64,000 bases of DNA from Flavobacteriales bacterium (GCA_016712025.1 JADJRW010000012.1:95941-159940), one strand, 5' to 3'. Positions 11,525-23,882 are shown, counted from the first letter of the stretch. Program-made: numbers and translations. The notes: generated by a model from the sequence alone, not told the origin.

Positions 11525-12895
11525 TCACTCCGATCGTTCGATCCGCGCGCCCAAGCCATTCAGCCGCGCGTCGATCCCCTGGTAACCGCGGTCGATCTGT
11601 TCGATATTGTCGATCGTGCTGGTGCCTTCGGCGCTGAGGGCCGCGATCAGGAGGGAAACACCCGCGCGGATGTCCGGGCTCGTCATGCGGATAGCGCGCA
11701 GTGGGTTCTGGAAGTCGTTGCCGATCACCAGGGCGCGGTGCGGATCGCAGAGCGTGATCTGGGCACCCATCTCAATCAACTTGTCCACGAAGAACAGGCG
11801 GCTCTCGAACATCTTCTGGTGGACCAACACGCTGCCTTTCGCTTGGATCGCGGTGACCAGCACGATGCTCAGCAGGTCGGGCGTGAAACCGGGCCAGGGC
11901 GCGTCGGCCACGGTCATGTTACTGCCGTCGATGAACTTGGTGATGGTGTAGTGCTCCTGGGCCGGGACGAAGATGTCGTCGCCGTTCCGGACCACCGCTA
12001 TGCCGAGCTTGCGGAACACTTCGGGGATCACGCCCAGGTGGTCGTAGCCGGTGTCTTTGATGGTGATCTCGCTGCGCGTCATGGCGGCCAGGCCGATGAA
12101 GCTGCCGATCTCGATCATATCCGGCAGCATGCGGTGCTCCGTGCCTCCGAGCTCATTCACCCCATCGATGTGCAACAGGTTGCTGCCTATCCCGGTGATC
12201 TTCGCACCCATGCGCACAAGCATGTCGCAGAGCTGCTGCACATAAGGTTCGCAGGCCGCGTTGAAGATGGTGGTGCGTCCCTCGGCCAACACAGCGGCCA
12301 TCACGATGTTGGCGGTGCCCGTCACGCTCGCCTCGTCCAGCAGCATGTAGGCACCTCTCAGTTTTTCAGCTTCGGCCTTGAAGAAGCCTTCTTTGCTATC
12401 GTACTTGATCTCGGCCCCCAGCTTCTCGAAGCCGATGAAGTGGGTATCCAGTCGGCGGCGCCCGATCTTATCGCCTCCGGGCGTGGGGATGTACCCCTTG
12501 CCGAAACGGGCGAGCGAAGGGCCCACCACCATCACACTTCCGCGCAGGCCACCGCCCAGTTTTTTGAACTCCGGCCGCAGAAAGAACTCGATGTCCACGC
12601 TCTTCGCAGTGAAGCGAAAAGAGCCTTCGCCCAGCTTGTCGACAAGCACGCCCATGTGGCGCAACAGGTCGATCAGCTTGTTCACATCCACAATATCCGG
12701 TACGTTGTGGATCGTGACCGGCTCGGCGGTGAGCAGCACCGCGCAGAGGATCTGCAAGGCTTCGTTCTTCGCGCCCTGCGGGGTCAAGCTACCCTTCAAT
12801 CGGCGTCCTCCCTCAATGCGGAAACTTCCCATGCGTGCGTTGCTCCGGCGGTTGTGCGCGAAGTCATTGCCAAAGCAAGTATGTGCGAACGCCAC
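11525..12895 (-). CDS. murA: UDP-N-acetylglucosamine 1-carboxyvinyltransferase
   Basis: GSFRIEGGRRLKGSLTPQGAKNEALQILCAVLLTAEPVTIHNVPDI...; EPSP-synthase fold repeats and DIRAGVSLLIAALSAEGTSTIDNIEQIDRGY. The true start is probably the internal Met of MGSFRIEGG. Confidence 0.93.
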   Translation of the reverse strand: MAFAHTCFGNDFAHNRRSNARMGSFRIEGGRRLKGSLTPQGAKNEALQILCAVLLTAEPVTIHNVPDIVDVNKLIDLLRHMGVLVDKLGEGSFRFTAKSVDIEFFLRPEFKKLGGGLRGSVMVVGPSLARFGKGYIPTPGGDKIGRRRLDTHFIGFEKLGAEIKYDSKEGFFKAEAEKLRGAYMLLDEASVTGTANIVMAAVLAEGRTTIFNAACEPYVQQLCDMLVRMGAKITGIGSNLLHIDGVNELGGTEHRMLPDMIEIGSFIGLAAMTRSEITIKDTGYDHLGVIPEVFRKLGIAVVRNGDDIFVPAQEHYTITKFIDGSNMTVADAPWPGFTPDLLSIVLVTAIQAKGSVLVHQKMFESRLFFVDKLIEMGAQITLCDPHRALVIGNDFQNPLRAIRMTSPDIRAGVSLLIAALSAEGTSTIDNIEQIDRGYQGIDARLNGLGARIERSE

Positions 12896-13006
12896 TGCGT
12901 TCCGCAGCGCTTACGCAGTACTAACAAACGCTTGTGATGGAGCGCGGCCCGCGGGGAGGAGCGGTGATATGCGTCTGCCCCTGCCTCCGCCCACTGCCTT
13001 GGCGGC

Positions 13007-13705
13007 TTAGTAACGCTTCTTGTTCCGGTTGCGATGGCGCTTCTTACCACCGCCACCACCGCCTCCGCCTTGGTTGCCATAGCGCTGCTTGCGCATATCC
13101 ACTTCGTTGCGTGGGCCGTTCTGTTGGGCCCGCAAGAGGTCAGCAGTGGAGGCGAGTTGGGCTTCTTCCTTCAGTTTCAGCTTTCCCTTGCTCATCTCGG
13201 CAAGGTCTTTCAGGATCACGCCGTCCGGCACGGTGTCGCGGTTCCAGGTAAGGAACTGCTTCTTCATCAGGTTGGCGATCACATGTGTGTAGGCATCGCG
13301 TTCCGGACTTTCCGCCAAGGCGGCGCATTGCGCGATCATGCGTTCCACCAACTTGCCATAGTGGCCATAGCGGATCTCCTGCTTGGGGTAGGGAACCCGT
13401 TCCGGCTTGGTATCCAGTTCTTCGGCCGTGGGCTTGGGAAAGGGTCCGTCCACATCGAGCTTGAACTCGCTCATGATGTATAAGTGGTCCCACAGCGCTC
13501 GATCCGCGTTCTCACTGCCGCGCAATTGTGGATTGAGCCGACCGATCACCAAAATGATGGCCTTGGCCAAGCGGGTGCGCTCGGCGCGATCCTCCACGCC
13601 CATGCAATGCTCCACCATGCGCTGCACATGGCGCCCGTATTCAGGAATGATGAGCCGGGGGCGCTGGGTATTGTAATCGTATGCGACGGACGCAGCAGTG
13701 CTCAT
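13007..13705 (-). CDS. DUF4290 domain-containing protein
   Basis: YDYNTQRPRLIIPEYGRHVQRMVEHCMGVEDRAERTRLAKAIILVIGRLNPQLR...DHLYIMSEFKLDVDGPFPKP; Lys/Arg/Gly-rich C-terminal tail. Confidence 0.8.
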   Translation of the reverse strand: MSTAASVAYDYNTQRPRLIIPEYGRHVQRMVEHCMGVEDRAERTRLAKAIILVIGRLNPQLRGSENADRALWDHLYIMSEFKLDVDGPFPKPTAEELDTKPERVPYPKQEIRYGHYGKLVERMIAQCAALAESPERDAYTHVIANLMKKQFLTWNRDTVPDGVILKDLAEMSKGKLKLKEEAQLASTADLLRAQQNGPRNEVDMRKQRYGNQGGGGGGGGKKRHRNRNKKRY

Positions 13706-13778
13706 GGCAGCCTAGGGGTCGGAAAAAAAATGAAGAGAAGGCGGGCCGGACCGGGATATGTCACCCGCAGGGTCGGTC

Positions 13779-13786
13779 AAATGTAG
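13779..13786 (-). promoter_or_regulatory. Possible Bacteroidetes -7 element
   Basis: TACATTTG on the minus strand, ~75 nt upstream of the DUF4290 gene. No clear -33 TTG at 19 nt. Confidence 0.3.
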
Positions 13787-13915
13787 GTAAGCCGCAGCAA
13801 GTGGGGACCTTACCGGATCGGAGGCAATTCCGCGTGGACCGATCCAGTGAACCATTCTCCCCCGTATGTGTTTAGCTTCGGTACGCCGTTCGAGCGGACC
13901 AAAGCCGGAAAGCCC

Positions 13916-14612
13916 ATGAAAACCCTCCTACACACCCTTACCATCGCACTCCTATTTGTTGGCACGACGACCACGGCCCAAGAGGTTTCCAAAGTGTTCG
14001 GCTTCAGCAAGCCGTTCCCCAACACCTTGGAGAAGGGCGACTGTGGATCGAACATGGGCCTGGCCCCAGGAATGCGGGTAACTATGCCTGTGGGCGATCG
14101 TTTCGGGGTCGGCTTCGGGCTCGCCCACGAATGGCGTTCGGTGCTCACCGAGCAAGAGACGGAAAGCGGCAATGTTCCTCTGAGCGAGGTGAAGGGGCCG
14201 TGCCTTTCTGCTGCAGGCAACGGGCCAGTACCGGATCTTCACTTGTGCAAGCAAGTGCCAGAGCAGCTTGGGCGTGATGGCCGGTGTTGATGTCACCCTG
14301 CCTTACCGTACCAACGCACAGCAGTATGCTTCGGATGGCTCCGAACTGGTAGCGGACACGGACCGTGATCGCATGAAAGCGGGCCTGGCATTGCGCGCGG
14401 GTCTGCGTTATTCGCTTCCACTGTGCGAATACATGGGCTTTTTCATGGAGCCGCAAGTGATCTACAAAGCTGTGCTCGACCGCACCGATGAAGCCGCACA
14501 ATTCGGCCGGAGCGAACGCACCGGTGATAGGTTCGCCATGGGCATGCAGGGGGGCATCTACATGAAGCTGATGTGCCCAGGCAAGTGCCCGATGAAGGCT
14601 TCGGCCGAGTAA
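13916..14612 (+). CDS. Outer-membrane beta-barrel protein, frameshifted
   Basis: MKTLLHTLTIALLFVGTTTTAQ signal peptide. The two ORFs (13847..14290 and 14268..14612) join near 14270-14290 and include RAGLRYSLPLCEYMGFFMEPQVIYKAV. Confidence 0.5.
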
Positions 14613-14633
14613 CGGAGCATAGCTTCGGCGGCG

Positions 14634-14966
14634 ATGCCCGTCCGATTGGCCTTAATACTTTCTCTACTTATCCTGTCCTCCTGCACCAAGGTGCCGGATG
14701 AACTCCCGGGATGGGTGCAGGACCGCATCCGGTTCTGCAGAAGCCCCGGCAAGGATTGTGATCGGCTCGAGATCTTGGAGTACGGGTTCCACGCAGAACG
14801 GTACTACTACTTCGCGCCGCGCGATCTGCAAGGTGAGGACGAGCTCTTCACCGCGAACTACGAGTTGCTCTGCAAGGGCACGGACCTCTTCATCGATGAG
14901 CCACCCTGCTCGGACATCGTGCTGGACAGCTTGAAGATCCTGCGGTTGGTGTATTCGGAGCGCTAG
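14634..14966 (+). CDS. Small putative lipoprotein
   Basis: MPVRLALILSLLILSSCTKVPDEL contains a lipobox-like LSSC. Confidence 0.55.
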   Translation: MPVRLALILSLLILSSCTKVPDELPGWVQDRIRFCRSPGKDCDRLEILEYGFHAERYYYFAPRDLQGEDELFTANYELLCKGTDLFIDEPPCSDIVLDSLKILRLVYSER

Positions 14967-14967
14967 C

Positions 14968-17397
14968 TCAACCCTCCACCACCGTCAACTTCGCGAAACG
15001 CAACAGCAATTGCTTCTGCCCTGCGGACGGGAAGAACACGGTGGCCTTGAGGTCCGGCGCACGCCCTTCGATCTTGATCACCTTGCCTTTTCCGAAGCGT
15101 TCGTGTTCCACCGTCATGCCTTCGGCCAGATCCGGCGTTTCGCCGCCCAGGCTGCTGGTCGCTTCCAGGGGCGCCCCACTTCCGGTGATCCGTTTCAGGT
15201 TCTTCGGCGTGGCAGCGGGAGCGGCGCGCGGACCCGGCGGCGCATCCATGTTCCGCCGTGCGTGAGTAACCTGTTTCCCGGGTACGGCTTTTCCGATCCC
15301 GGGCGCCTTCGTCTCTCTTCCATACACAGGCTTGGAGGAACGTTCGTCGTCGAATAAGTTCTGACCGGGGTTCGCCCAGGGTGGCGTGCGCGTGGTGCGG
15401 TCACGCGTACCGGGTTGTGTCCAGAGGCGATCGTTCTCCGAAGGCATCTCCAGATACTGTGGATCGATCTCGTCGATGAAACGGCTCGGTTCCGCAGCGG
15501 TGAGATTGCCCCACTTGTAGCGGCTCATCGCATAGCTCAGCGTGGCGCGTTTCTCAGCGCGTGTTAGTGCCACATAGAACAGACGACGTTCTTCTTCCAG
15601 ATCCGCGCGGCTGTTCACCGCCATCTGGTTGGGGAAGAGATCCTCCTCCAAACCCACGATGTGTACATAGGGGAACTCGAGCCCTTTCGCTGCGTGAACG
15701 GTCATTAGGCTCACGCGATCATTGTCGGCCGGATCGTCGTTGTCCGCGTCGGTGAGCAGTGCGACATCGATCAGGAAGTCGGGCAGGGTGCGCGGGGCGT
15801 CTGTGCCTTCGCCCGCATCGCTGAATTCCTTGATCCCGTTCAGCAGTTCCTGGATGTTCTCGTGGCGGCTCACACCCTCTGGGGTGCCGTCGGTGAGCAA
15901 CTCCTTCAACAGGCCGCTCGTGCGCGCTATGTGTTCGGCGAGCGCATAGGCACTGTGGGTCTGCAACATGGTGCGGTAGCTCTCGACCGAGAGCACGAAA
16001 TCCGCCACGCTTTTGCGCGTGCCGGCGTGGAAGCCAAGGTCGGCGAGGTGTTCGTGCAGCAACTGCCAGATCGAGGTCTTCGCTTCCGCAGCGGCCACCA
16101 TCATCTTCTCCACGGTGGTCTGCCCGATCCCACGCGCGGGGTAGTTGATGATCCGCTTCAGCGCTTCTTCGTCCTGCGGATTGCAAGTGAGGCGGAAATA
16201 GGCGAGCAGGTCCTTGATCTCCTTGCGCTGGTAGAAGCTGAGGCCGCCGTAGATCCGATAGGGGATGTTCAACTTGCGCAGCGCTTCCTCCATGCTGCGG
16301 CTTTGCGCGTTGGTGCGGTACAGAATGGCGAAGCCCTTGTTGGGCACCTGCCTGTGCATCTTGGTCTCGAAGATGCTGTGCGCGGTGAATGCGCCTTCCT
16401 CGTTGTCGCTCAACGCGCGGTGTACGCGGATGCGTTCGCCCTCATCGTTCTGCGTCCAGATCGTTTTCTTGATCTGGTCCTTGTTCTTGTCGATCAGGCT
16501 GTTCGCGGCGCCCACGATGTTCTTCGTGCTGCGGTAGTTCTGCTCCAGCTTGAAGAGGGCGTGATCCTCGTAGTCGCGCCGGAAATTGAGGATGTTCTGG
16601 ATGTTCGCTCCGCGGAAGGCGTAGATGCTCTGGCTGTCGTCGCCCACCACGGTGATGTTCTCATGCCGTGCCGCGAGCGTGCGGATGATGTTGTACTGCA
16701 CCAAGTTGGTGTCCTGGTACTCGTCCACCAGAATGTACTGAAAGCGCTGCTGGTACTTCAGCATCGTTTCGGGATGATCGCGGAAGAGGAGGTTGGTGTT
16801 GAAGAGCAGGTCATCGAAATCCATGGCGCTGGCGCGGAAGCAGCGCTCGGCGTACTGCTGGTAGATGGCGCCGATATGTTCGCGTCCGCTGCTGGCATCG
16901 CTGGCCATCACTTCCGCATCGCGCTGGTATTCGAGCGGACCGATCAGGTTGTTCTTGGCGATGCTGATGCGGCCATGCACCTGGTTCGGCTTGTAGATCT
17001 TGTCATCGAGCCCACGCTCCTTCAGGATGGCTTTGATCAGGCTGCGGCTGTCGTCGGTATCATAAATGGTGAAGTCTTTCTGGTAACCCAGTTTGTCGGC
17101 CTCGGAACGAAGCACGCGTGCGAACACACTGTGGAAGGTGCCCATCCACAAACCGGCCGCTTCGCTCCTTCCCACAATGGCGGCGATGCGCTCCTTCATT
17201 TCGCGCGCGGCCTTGTTGGTGAAGGTGAGCGCGAGGATGCGGAAGGGGTCCACACCCTTCACGGCCATGAGCTGCGCGATGCGCACGGTGAGCACCCGCG
17301 TCTTGCCCGAGCCCGCACCGGCGATCACCATGTTGGGGCCGTCGGTATGCGTGGCAGCGGCGAGTTGCGCCTCGTTCAGGCCTTCGAGATGATGCAT
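14968..17397 (-). CDS. UvrD/PcrA-family ATP-dependent DNA helicase
   Basis: LNEAQLAAATHTDGPNMVIAGAGSGKTRVLTVRIAQLM, VDEYQDTNLVQYNIIRTLA, VVGDDSQSIYAFRGANIQNILNF, SLMTVHAAKGLEFPYVHIVGLEEDLFP. The start was moved to the Met of MHHLEGLNE given the upstream promoter. Confidence 0.95.
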   Translation of the reverse strand: MHHLEGLNEAQLAAATHTDGPNMVIAGAGSGKTRVLTVRIAQLMAVKGVDPFRILALTFTNKAAREMKERIAAIVGRSEAAGLWMGTFHSVFARVLRSEADKLGYQKDFTIYDTDDSRSLIKAILKERGLDDKIYKPNQVHGRISIAKNNLIGPLEYQRDAEVMASDASSGREHIGAIYQQYAERCFRASAMDFDDLLFNTNLLFRDHPETMLKYQQRFQYILVDEYQDTNLVQYNIIRTLAARHENITVVGDDSQSIYAFRGANIQNILNFRRDYEDHALFKLEQNYRSTKNIVGAANSLIDKNKDQIKKTIWTQNDEGERIRVHRALSDNEEGAFTAHSIFETKMHRQVPNKGFAILYRTNAQSRSMEEALRKLNIPYRIYGGLSFYQRKEIKDLLAYFRLTCNPQDEEALKRIINYPARGIGQTTVEKMMVAAAEAKTSIWQLLHEHLADLGFHAGTRKSVADFVLSVESYRTMLQTHSAYALAEHIARTSGLLKELLTDGTPEGVSRHENIQELLNGIKEFSDAGEGTDAPRTLPDFLIDVALLTDADNDDPADNDRVSLMTVHAAKGLEFPYVHIVGLEEDLFPNQMAVNSRADLEEERRLFYVALTRAEKRATLSYAMSRYKWGNLTAAEPSRFIDEIDPQYLEMPSENDRLWTQPGTRDRTTRTPPWANPGQNLFDDERSSKPVYGRETKAPGIGKAVPGKQVTHARRNMDAPPGPRAAPAATPKNLKRITGSGAPLEATSSLGGETPDLAEGMTVEHERFGKGKVIKIEGRAPDLKATVFFPSAGQKQLLLRFAKLTVVEG

Positions 17398-17435
17398 GCG
17401 ATGATCGGTGGTGCGCCTACCGCGCACATGGATGC

Positions 17436-17464
17436 CAAAGGTAGCGGCGTGATGAACGGCTCAA
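17436..17464 (-). promoter_or_regulatory. Bacteroidetes-type promoter for the helicase gene
   Basis: Minus strand TTG-N18-TACCTTTG, ~40 nt upstream of the proposed start at 17397. Confidence 0.55.
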
Positions 17465-18273
17465 CGTGTGACCAGGAACTGCAAGCTCAATGCGTAGACC
17501 GTGGAGTTCATCAAGGCGCGCACATCCACGCCGTGCAGCCACATGAAGCCGGTGCCGTATTGCACTTGCGCGCTAAGGTCCGTGCGTTTGCCCAGCCGCA
17601 CGCCGAGTTGCGCGCTGAGGTAACCACGCAGGTAGGTGCAAGCGCGGCCTTGCAGCGTGCGATCCACGAGTGTGCGCTCGCGGGTATAGTTCCCCGCTTC
17701 ATCCGTCGCGATGCCTTGCACGTTCAGTGTTCCACCGCTGGCATGTCCCAATTCCGCGATGAGGCCGCCGCGCAGAAAGGCGCGCTTGCCCAGGAAGAGG
17801 CTCCAGTAGGGTCCGCCGCCCACCGCGATCTCCGTTTGCGACATGGTGTAGAGGTACTGTATGGTACGCGCCGTGTCGCCGAGCAAACTGTCGGTTTGGA
17901 GGTAGAGATAGAAGATGCGCGGGTGCAGGTTCAAATGCAAAGTCCACCCGTTCTCGCCGCTGTGGCCGTCGATGGTGCGGGCAAGCGCGAAGCGCGGACC
18001 GATGCAGAAGCCAATGGCAGTGGCGCTGTAGTTGAAGTAGTAGTCCGATGGTTTGCCGGGTAGGAGCGGAAGCTGGGTCTTCGCGTACTCCTGGAACGTT
18101 GCAACGCCTTGTGCGCCGTGGTTCTCCAAGCTCACGCCGAGAATACCGCCAACAGCGCGCAGCTTCAACTTACCCTTCACCGGGTCGCGGAAGATGGAGG
18201 TGTCGATCTGCGCCGGCAGGATGTGCACCAGCAAAGAAAGGAAGATCAGGAGGGCACGGCGCAACATCGGCAC
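17461..18273 (-). CDS. Secreted/outer-membrane protein of unknown function
   Basis: MPMLRRALLIFLSLLVHILPAQ signal peptide; alternating aromatic beta-strand pattern in the C-terminal half. Confidence 0.5.
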   Translation of the reverse strand: MPMLRRALLIFLSLLVHILPAQIDTSIFRDPVKGKLKLRAVGGILGVSLENHGAQGVATFQEYAKTQLPLLPGKPSDYYFNYSATAIGFCIGPRFALARTIDGHSGENGWTLHLNLHPRIFYLYLQTDSLLGDTARTIQYLYTMSQTEIAVGGGPYWSLFLGKRAFLRGGLIAELGHASGGTLNVQGIATDEAGNYTRERTLVDRTLQGRACTYLRGYLSAQLGVRLGKRTDLSAQVQYGTGFMWLHGVDVRALMNSTVYALSLQFLVTR

Positions 18274-18304
18274 CCGCGTTCGCGGTGATCCGAAGGTAGC
18301 GGGG

Positions 18305-20807
<2,503 letters not shown>

Positions 20808-20832
20808 AGTCTGCTAATGGATGAACTTCAGA

Positions 20833-23025
20833 TCAAGGCAGGCCCTCTGCGCGTGTCGCGGTGGGAGCGCTACCTCCGATGCAGATCAAGATCACATCGC
20901 GATCGTTGCGAATACCGGCGTACTTAACAACTCCGTCCAAATTCACATCGGCTTGCACATACCCGGTCGTAGTGGCGGTGGGTGGCGAACCGCCGATGGC
21001 GACCAGGATCGGGTCGCGGTCGTTGAACGCGCCCACATAGCGCAGCAGGCCATCGATCGAGACGTTCCCGGCCCAGAGTGTGCGCACGGTCCCCACGGTG
21101 CGCCGCGGGGTCGCTCCATAACAAGTCGTGGCCGCCGCGCGGAAGTTCACCGCGATCGCTGCAGTTGAAAGGCTGAGGGGCGCAGCGGTCATGACGCCCA
21201 AGTGATTGCGATGCCGAACCGCGATATACGCCGAGATGGCGGGCGCGAGCGTGATGGGCAACGCACTTCCGTTCAAGCCGACCACCTGTCCATCGCGACG
21301 CACGAGGGCGGGAAAGCGTTGCAGCACATTGATGGGATCGCTCGATGCGCGCAGTTCGATCAGCACCCAATCCACAATGGCGGAGGGCCCGCTGGTGGCG
21401 AGAACACTGGTGGCGATCGTGGCGCCAGTGCCGGTGGTCAACGAAAAGCCGAGTGCCGAATAAGGCTCGGTCAATGGCACCAGGCCAGCGATGCGGAGTT
21501 GATCACGCATCAGCCCGGTGATCGGGTCGAAGGGCCCGTCAAGCATCAGTTCAACATCCAGGGTCAGCGTGTGTGGCTCCACAGTGATGGGGATCGTGCC
21601 GCAAGAAGCGGTATCCGTTGCATTGATCACGAGGAGTTCGGCCGAATAGTTCCCAGGACCCTGGTACAGGTGCGAGGTATTAGCGGCGGTGTCCGCTGGT
21701 GTACCGTCACCGAATTCCCATACATAGGTCAGCGTGCCTCCCAAGGGATCGTTCGCATCACCACTGAACGAGACACTGAGCGCAGGGCCGATACCGCTGG
21801 TCAGATCAGCGGAGAATGAAAGGCATTCCGGCCGGGTGCCTGTAGGTTCGTAGGTGACGCGATGCAGGCCGCCCTCGAACGTGATCAGGTCGTCGTAGTA
21901 GGAGAGGTAGTACAACGCATCACCCGGACCTTGGAGCAATTGTGTGCAGAAGTTGGACTGAACTCCGCCCAGCGCCGTGGTGTCAAGGAACGGGCCTTGT
22001 GATGCGACCGTGGTGCCTTGTGCGTCGAAGGTCAGCCACTTCATCCACCCGCGGATGAACTCGCCCACGAAGAAACGGCCGTCCCACGCGGCTGGGAATG
22101 AAGATCCGCGGTAGGTGAATCCGGCAGTAATGGCTGCACCAGTGCCTTGGTGGTGGTAACTGAACACAGGATCAGTGAATTGTGGATCATCGCAAGAGCC
22201 ATCCGGCATGCGCCCGAGCTCGCCGCAAAGCGGCCAGCCATAATTGGCAGCGGGCGCGGCCAAAACGATATCCTCCCAAGCCAATTGGTGATTGTTGGCA
22301 CCCACTACACCGATGTAGAAGCGGCCCGTAACGGGGTCATAATCACCACGATAGGGGTTGCGGAAGCCGCTCGCATAAACGGTCTTCAACACACCATTGG
22401 CGTTGTACAGCCCCGGGGTGGCATCGTAGTAGGGATTGTCTGTCGGGGCGGTGCCATCGGGCAAGAAGCGGTGCAACTTGCCGAAGGGGCTGCTCAGGTC
22501 TTGGGCGTTGGCGGGCGTGTAGTCATCACCCACGGCGAGGAAGATGGTGCCATCGGGCAGGAAAGCGAGCGCACCTCCGGTATGGCAGCAGTCGGTGTAC
22601 GGGACCGTCGTTTCCCAGACCACGACCTCGCTGCTCATCTGCGCGGAATCGCCCAAGTGGGTGAAGCGGGAGAGGCGGTCGTGCATGCCGAAGGTGGAAT
22701 AGTAGAACCAGACCTGCTGGTTGTTGGCGAAATCAGGATCGATCCATACACCGATAAGGCCATGTTCGGCGGTGTTGTCCGCCGGTATCTCCATGTAGGT
22801 GGTGCTGGTGACCGGTGGCTGATCGATGGGAGAGGTGATGAGCACCTCACCGATCTTCCTGCAGATCAGCGCGCGGCCATCCGGGAGGAACGCCATAGAG
22901 GTCGGCGAATCGATACCGCCTATGATCTGCGTGTGGACGAAATCCTGCGGCTGGGCGCAGACCAACGCGACCTCGGAAACAAGCCAAAGGGAAGCGATGC
23001 AAAGACGAAGGAACGGGAGCGGCAT
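20833..23025 (-). CDS. Secreted PQQ-type glucose/sorbosone dehydrogenase-like protein with PKD domain and duplicated C-terminal Asp-rich module
   Basis: MPLPFLRLCIASLWLVSEVALVCAQ signal peptide, then GGIDSPTSMAFLPDGRALICRKIGEVL...HGLIGVWIDPDFANNQQVWFYYS...NGVLKTVYASGFRNPYRG. PKD part: SFSGDANDPLGGTLTYVWEFGDGTP. Confidence 0.85.
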   Translation of the reverse strand: MPLPFLRLCIASLWLVSEVALVCAQPQDFVHTQIIGGIDSPTSMAFLPDGRALICRKIGEVLITSPIDQPPVTSTTYMEIPADNTAEHGLIGVWIDPDFANNQQVWFYYSTFGMHDRLSRFTHLGDSAQMSSEVVVWETTVPYTDCCHTGGALAFLPDGTIFLAVGDDYTPANAQDLSSPFGKLHRFLPDGTAPTDNPYYDATPGLYNANGVLKTVYASGFRNPYRGDYDPVTGRFYIGVVGANNHQLAWEDIVLAAPAANYGWPLCGELGRMPDGSCDDPQFTDPVFSYHHQGTGAAITAGFTYRGSSFPAAWDGRFFVGEFIRGWMKWLTFDAQGTTVASQGPFLDTTALGGVQSNFCTQLLQGPGDALYYLSYYDDLITFEGGLHRVTYEPTGTRPECLSFSADLTSGIGPALSVSFSGDANDPLGGTLTYVWEFGDGTPADTAANTSHLYQGPGNYSAELLVINATDTASCGTIPITVEPHTLTLDVELMLDGPFDPITGLMRDQLRIAGLVPLTEPYSALGFSLTTGTGATIATSVLATSGPSAIVDWVLIELRASSDPINVLQRFPALVRRDGQVVGLNGSALPITLAPAISAYIAVRHRNHLGVMTAAPLSLSTAAIAVNFRAAATTCYGATPRRTVGTVRTLWAGNVSIDGLLRYVGAFNDRDPILVAIGGSPPTATTTGYVQADVNLDGVVKYAGIRNDRDVILICIGGSAPTATRAEGLP
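20836..21078 (-). repeat. Tandemly duplicated ~40-aa Asp-rich (dockerin-like) C-terminal module
   Basis: LWAGNVSIDGLLRYVGAFNDRDPILVAIGGSPPTATTTGYV aligned to QADVNLDGVVKYAGIRNDRDVILICIGGSAPTATRAEGLP. Confidence 0.75.
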
Positions 23026-23075
23026 GGATGCTACGCGCAGGTTGACGGATCGCCCGAACGGGCGGAGGGAGGGGG

Positions 23076-23083
23076 CAAAAATA
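23076..23083 (-). promoter_or_regulatory. Possible -7 element of the sugar dehydrogenase gene
   Basis: Minus strand TATTTTTG (TAnnTTTG), ~50 nt upstream of the proposed ATG. No obvious -33 element. Confidence 0.35.
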
Positions 23084-23347
23084 GACAGTCCGCGAGGGAG
23101 GGCCGTGCACAGTGGACAATTCGACCGGGATAGTGGAAAAGAGGCATAGCGTACTACCCTTTCGCGATACGAAGTCATCCAAAGATGCGCCGCTATTTCT
23201 TCACAGGACGATTCGAGGAGGTCGTTGCGTGGTGTACGAGATCCTAGGAGAAGCAATGTGGAGAAAGCGCCTCGTCCCGACTCATCGGGGAGCGAACAGC
23301 TCAGATGAATTCGTACCGCGAATTGGTATTGCCCGGGCCAGAAATAG

Positions 23348-23371
23348 GAACGGCGCCTTTGGGCGCCGTTC
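23348..23371 (-). terminator. Terminator-like hairpin downstream of rplQ
   Basis: Perfect 10-bp inverted repeat gaacggcgcc-tttg-ggcgccgttc just after the rplQ stop codon. Confidence 0.7.
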
Positions 23372-23392
23372 AAATGTTTCCGTGGATCAGGA

Positions 23393-23882
23393 TCACTCGC
23401 TCTTGGTCGCGTCTTCAGCCTTTGAGGCTTCGGGTGCGGCGGCGTCGGTCTTCTTGGTGGTGCGACCACGACGGGTGCGCTTGGCGGCACCACCGGCTGT
23501 GGTTTTCTCCTTGGTGTAGATCTCGTTGAAGTCCACCAACTCGATCATGGCCATCTCGGCAGCATCGCCCAAGCGGTTGCCGAGCTTGATGATGCGGGTG
23601 TAGCCACCGGCACGCTCCCCCGATCTTGGGGGCCACATCGCGGAAGAGGGCGGCGGTGGCCTCCTTGTTCTGCAGGTAGGAGAAAACCATGCGTTGGCTG
23701 TGCATGCTGTTGTCCTTGCCTTTGGTGAGCAGGGGCTCCACATAGCGGCGCAGGGCGCGTGCCTTGGCCAAGGTGGTGCTGATGCGCTTATGTTCGATCA
23801 GCGAGCAGGCCAGGTTGCTCAGGAGGGAATCCCGATGTGCCTTCTTGCGGCCTAGCGCGTTGTTCTTGTTTCCGTGTCTCAT
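23393..23882 (-). CDS. rplQ: 50S ribosomal protein L17 (frameshifted)
   Basis: [53 protein letters not shown]. The rest, [29 protein letters not shown], is in another frame. Confidence 0.95.

Noticed and set aside
15862-18063. Long plus-strand ORF of 733 aa
   Set aside because: It lies antisense to the clearly conserved helicase gene. Composition is typical of a high-GC shadow ORF with no recognisable domain.
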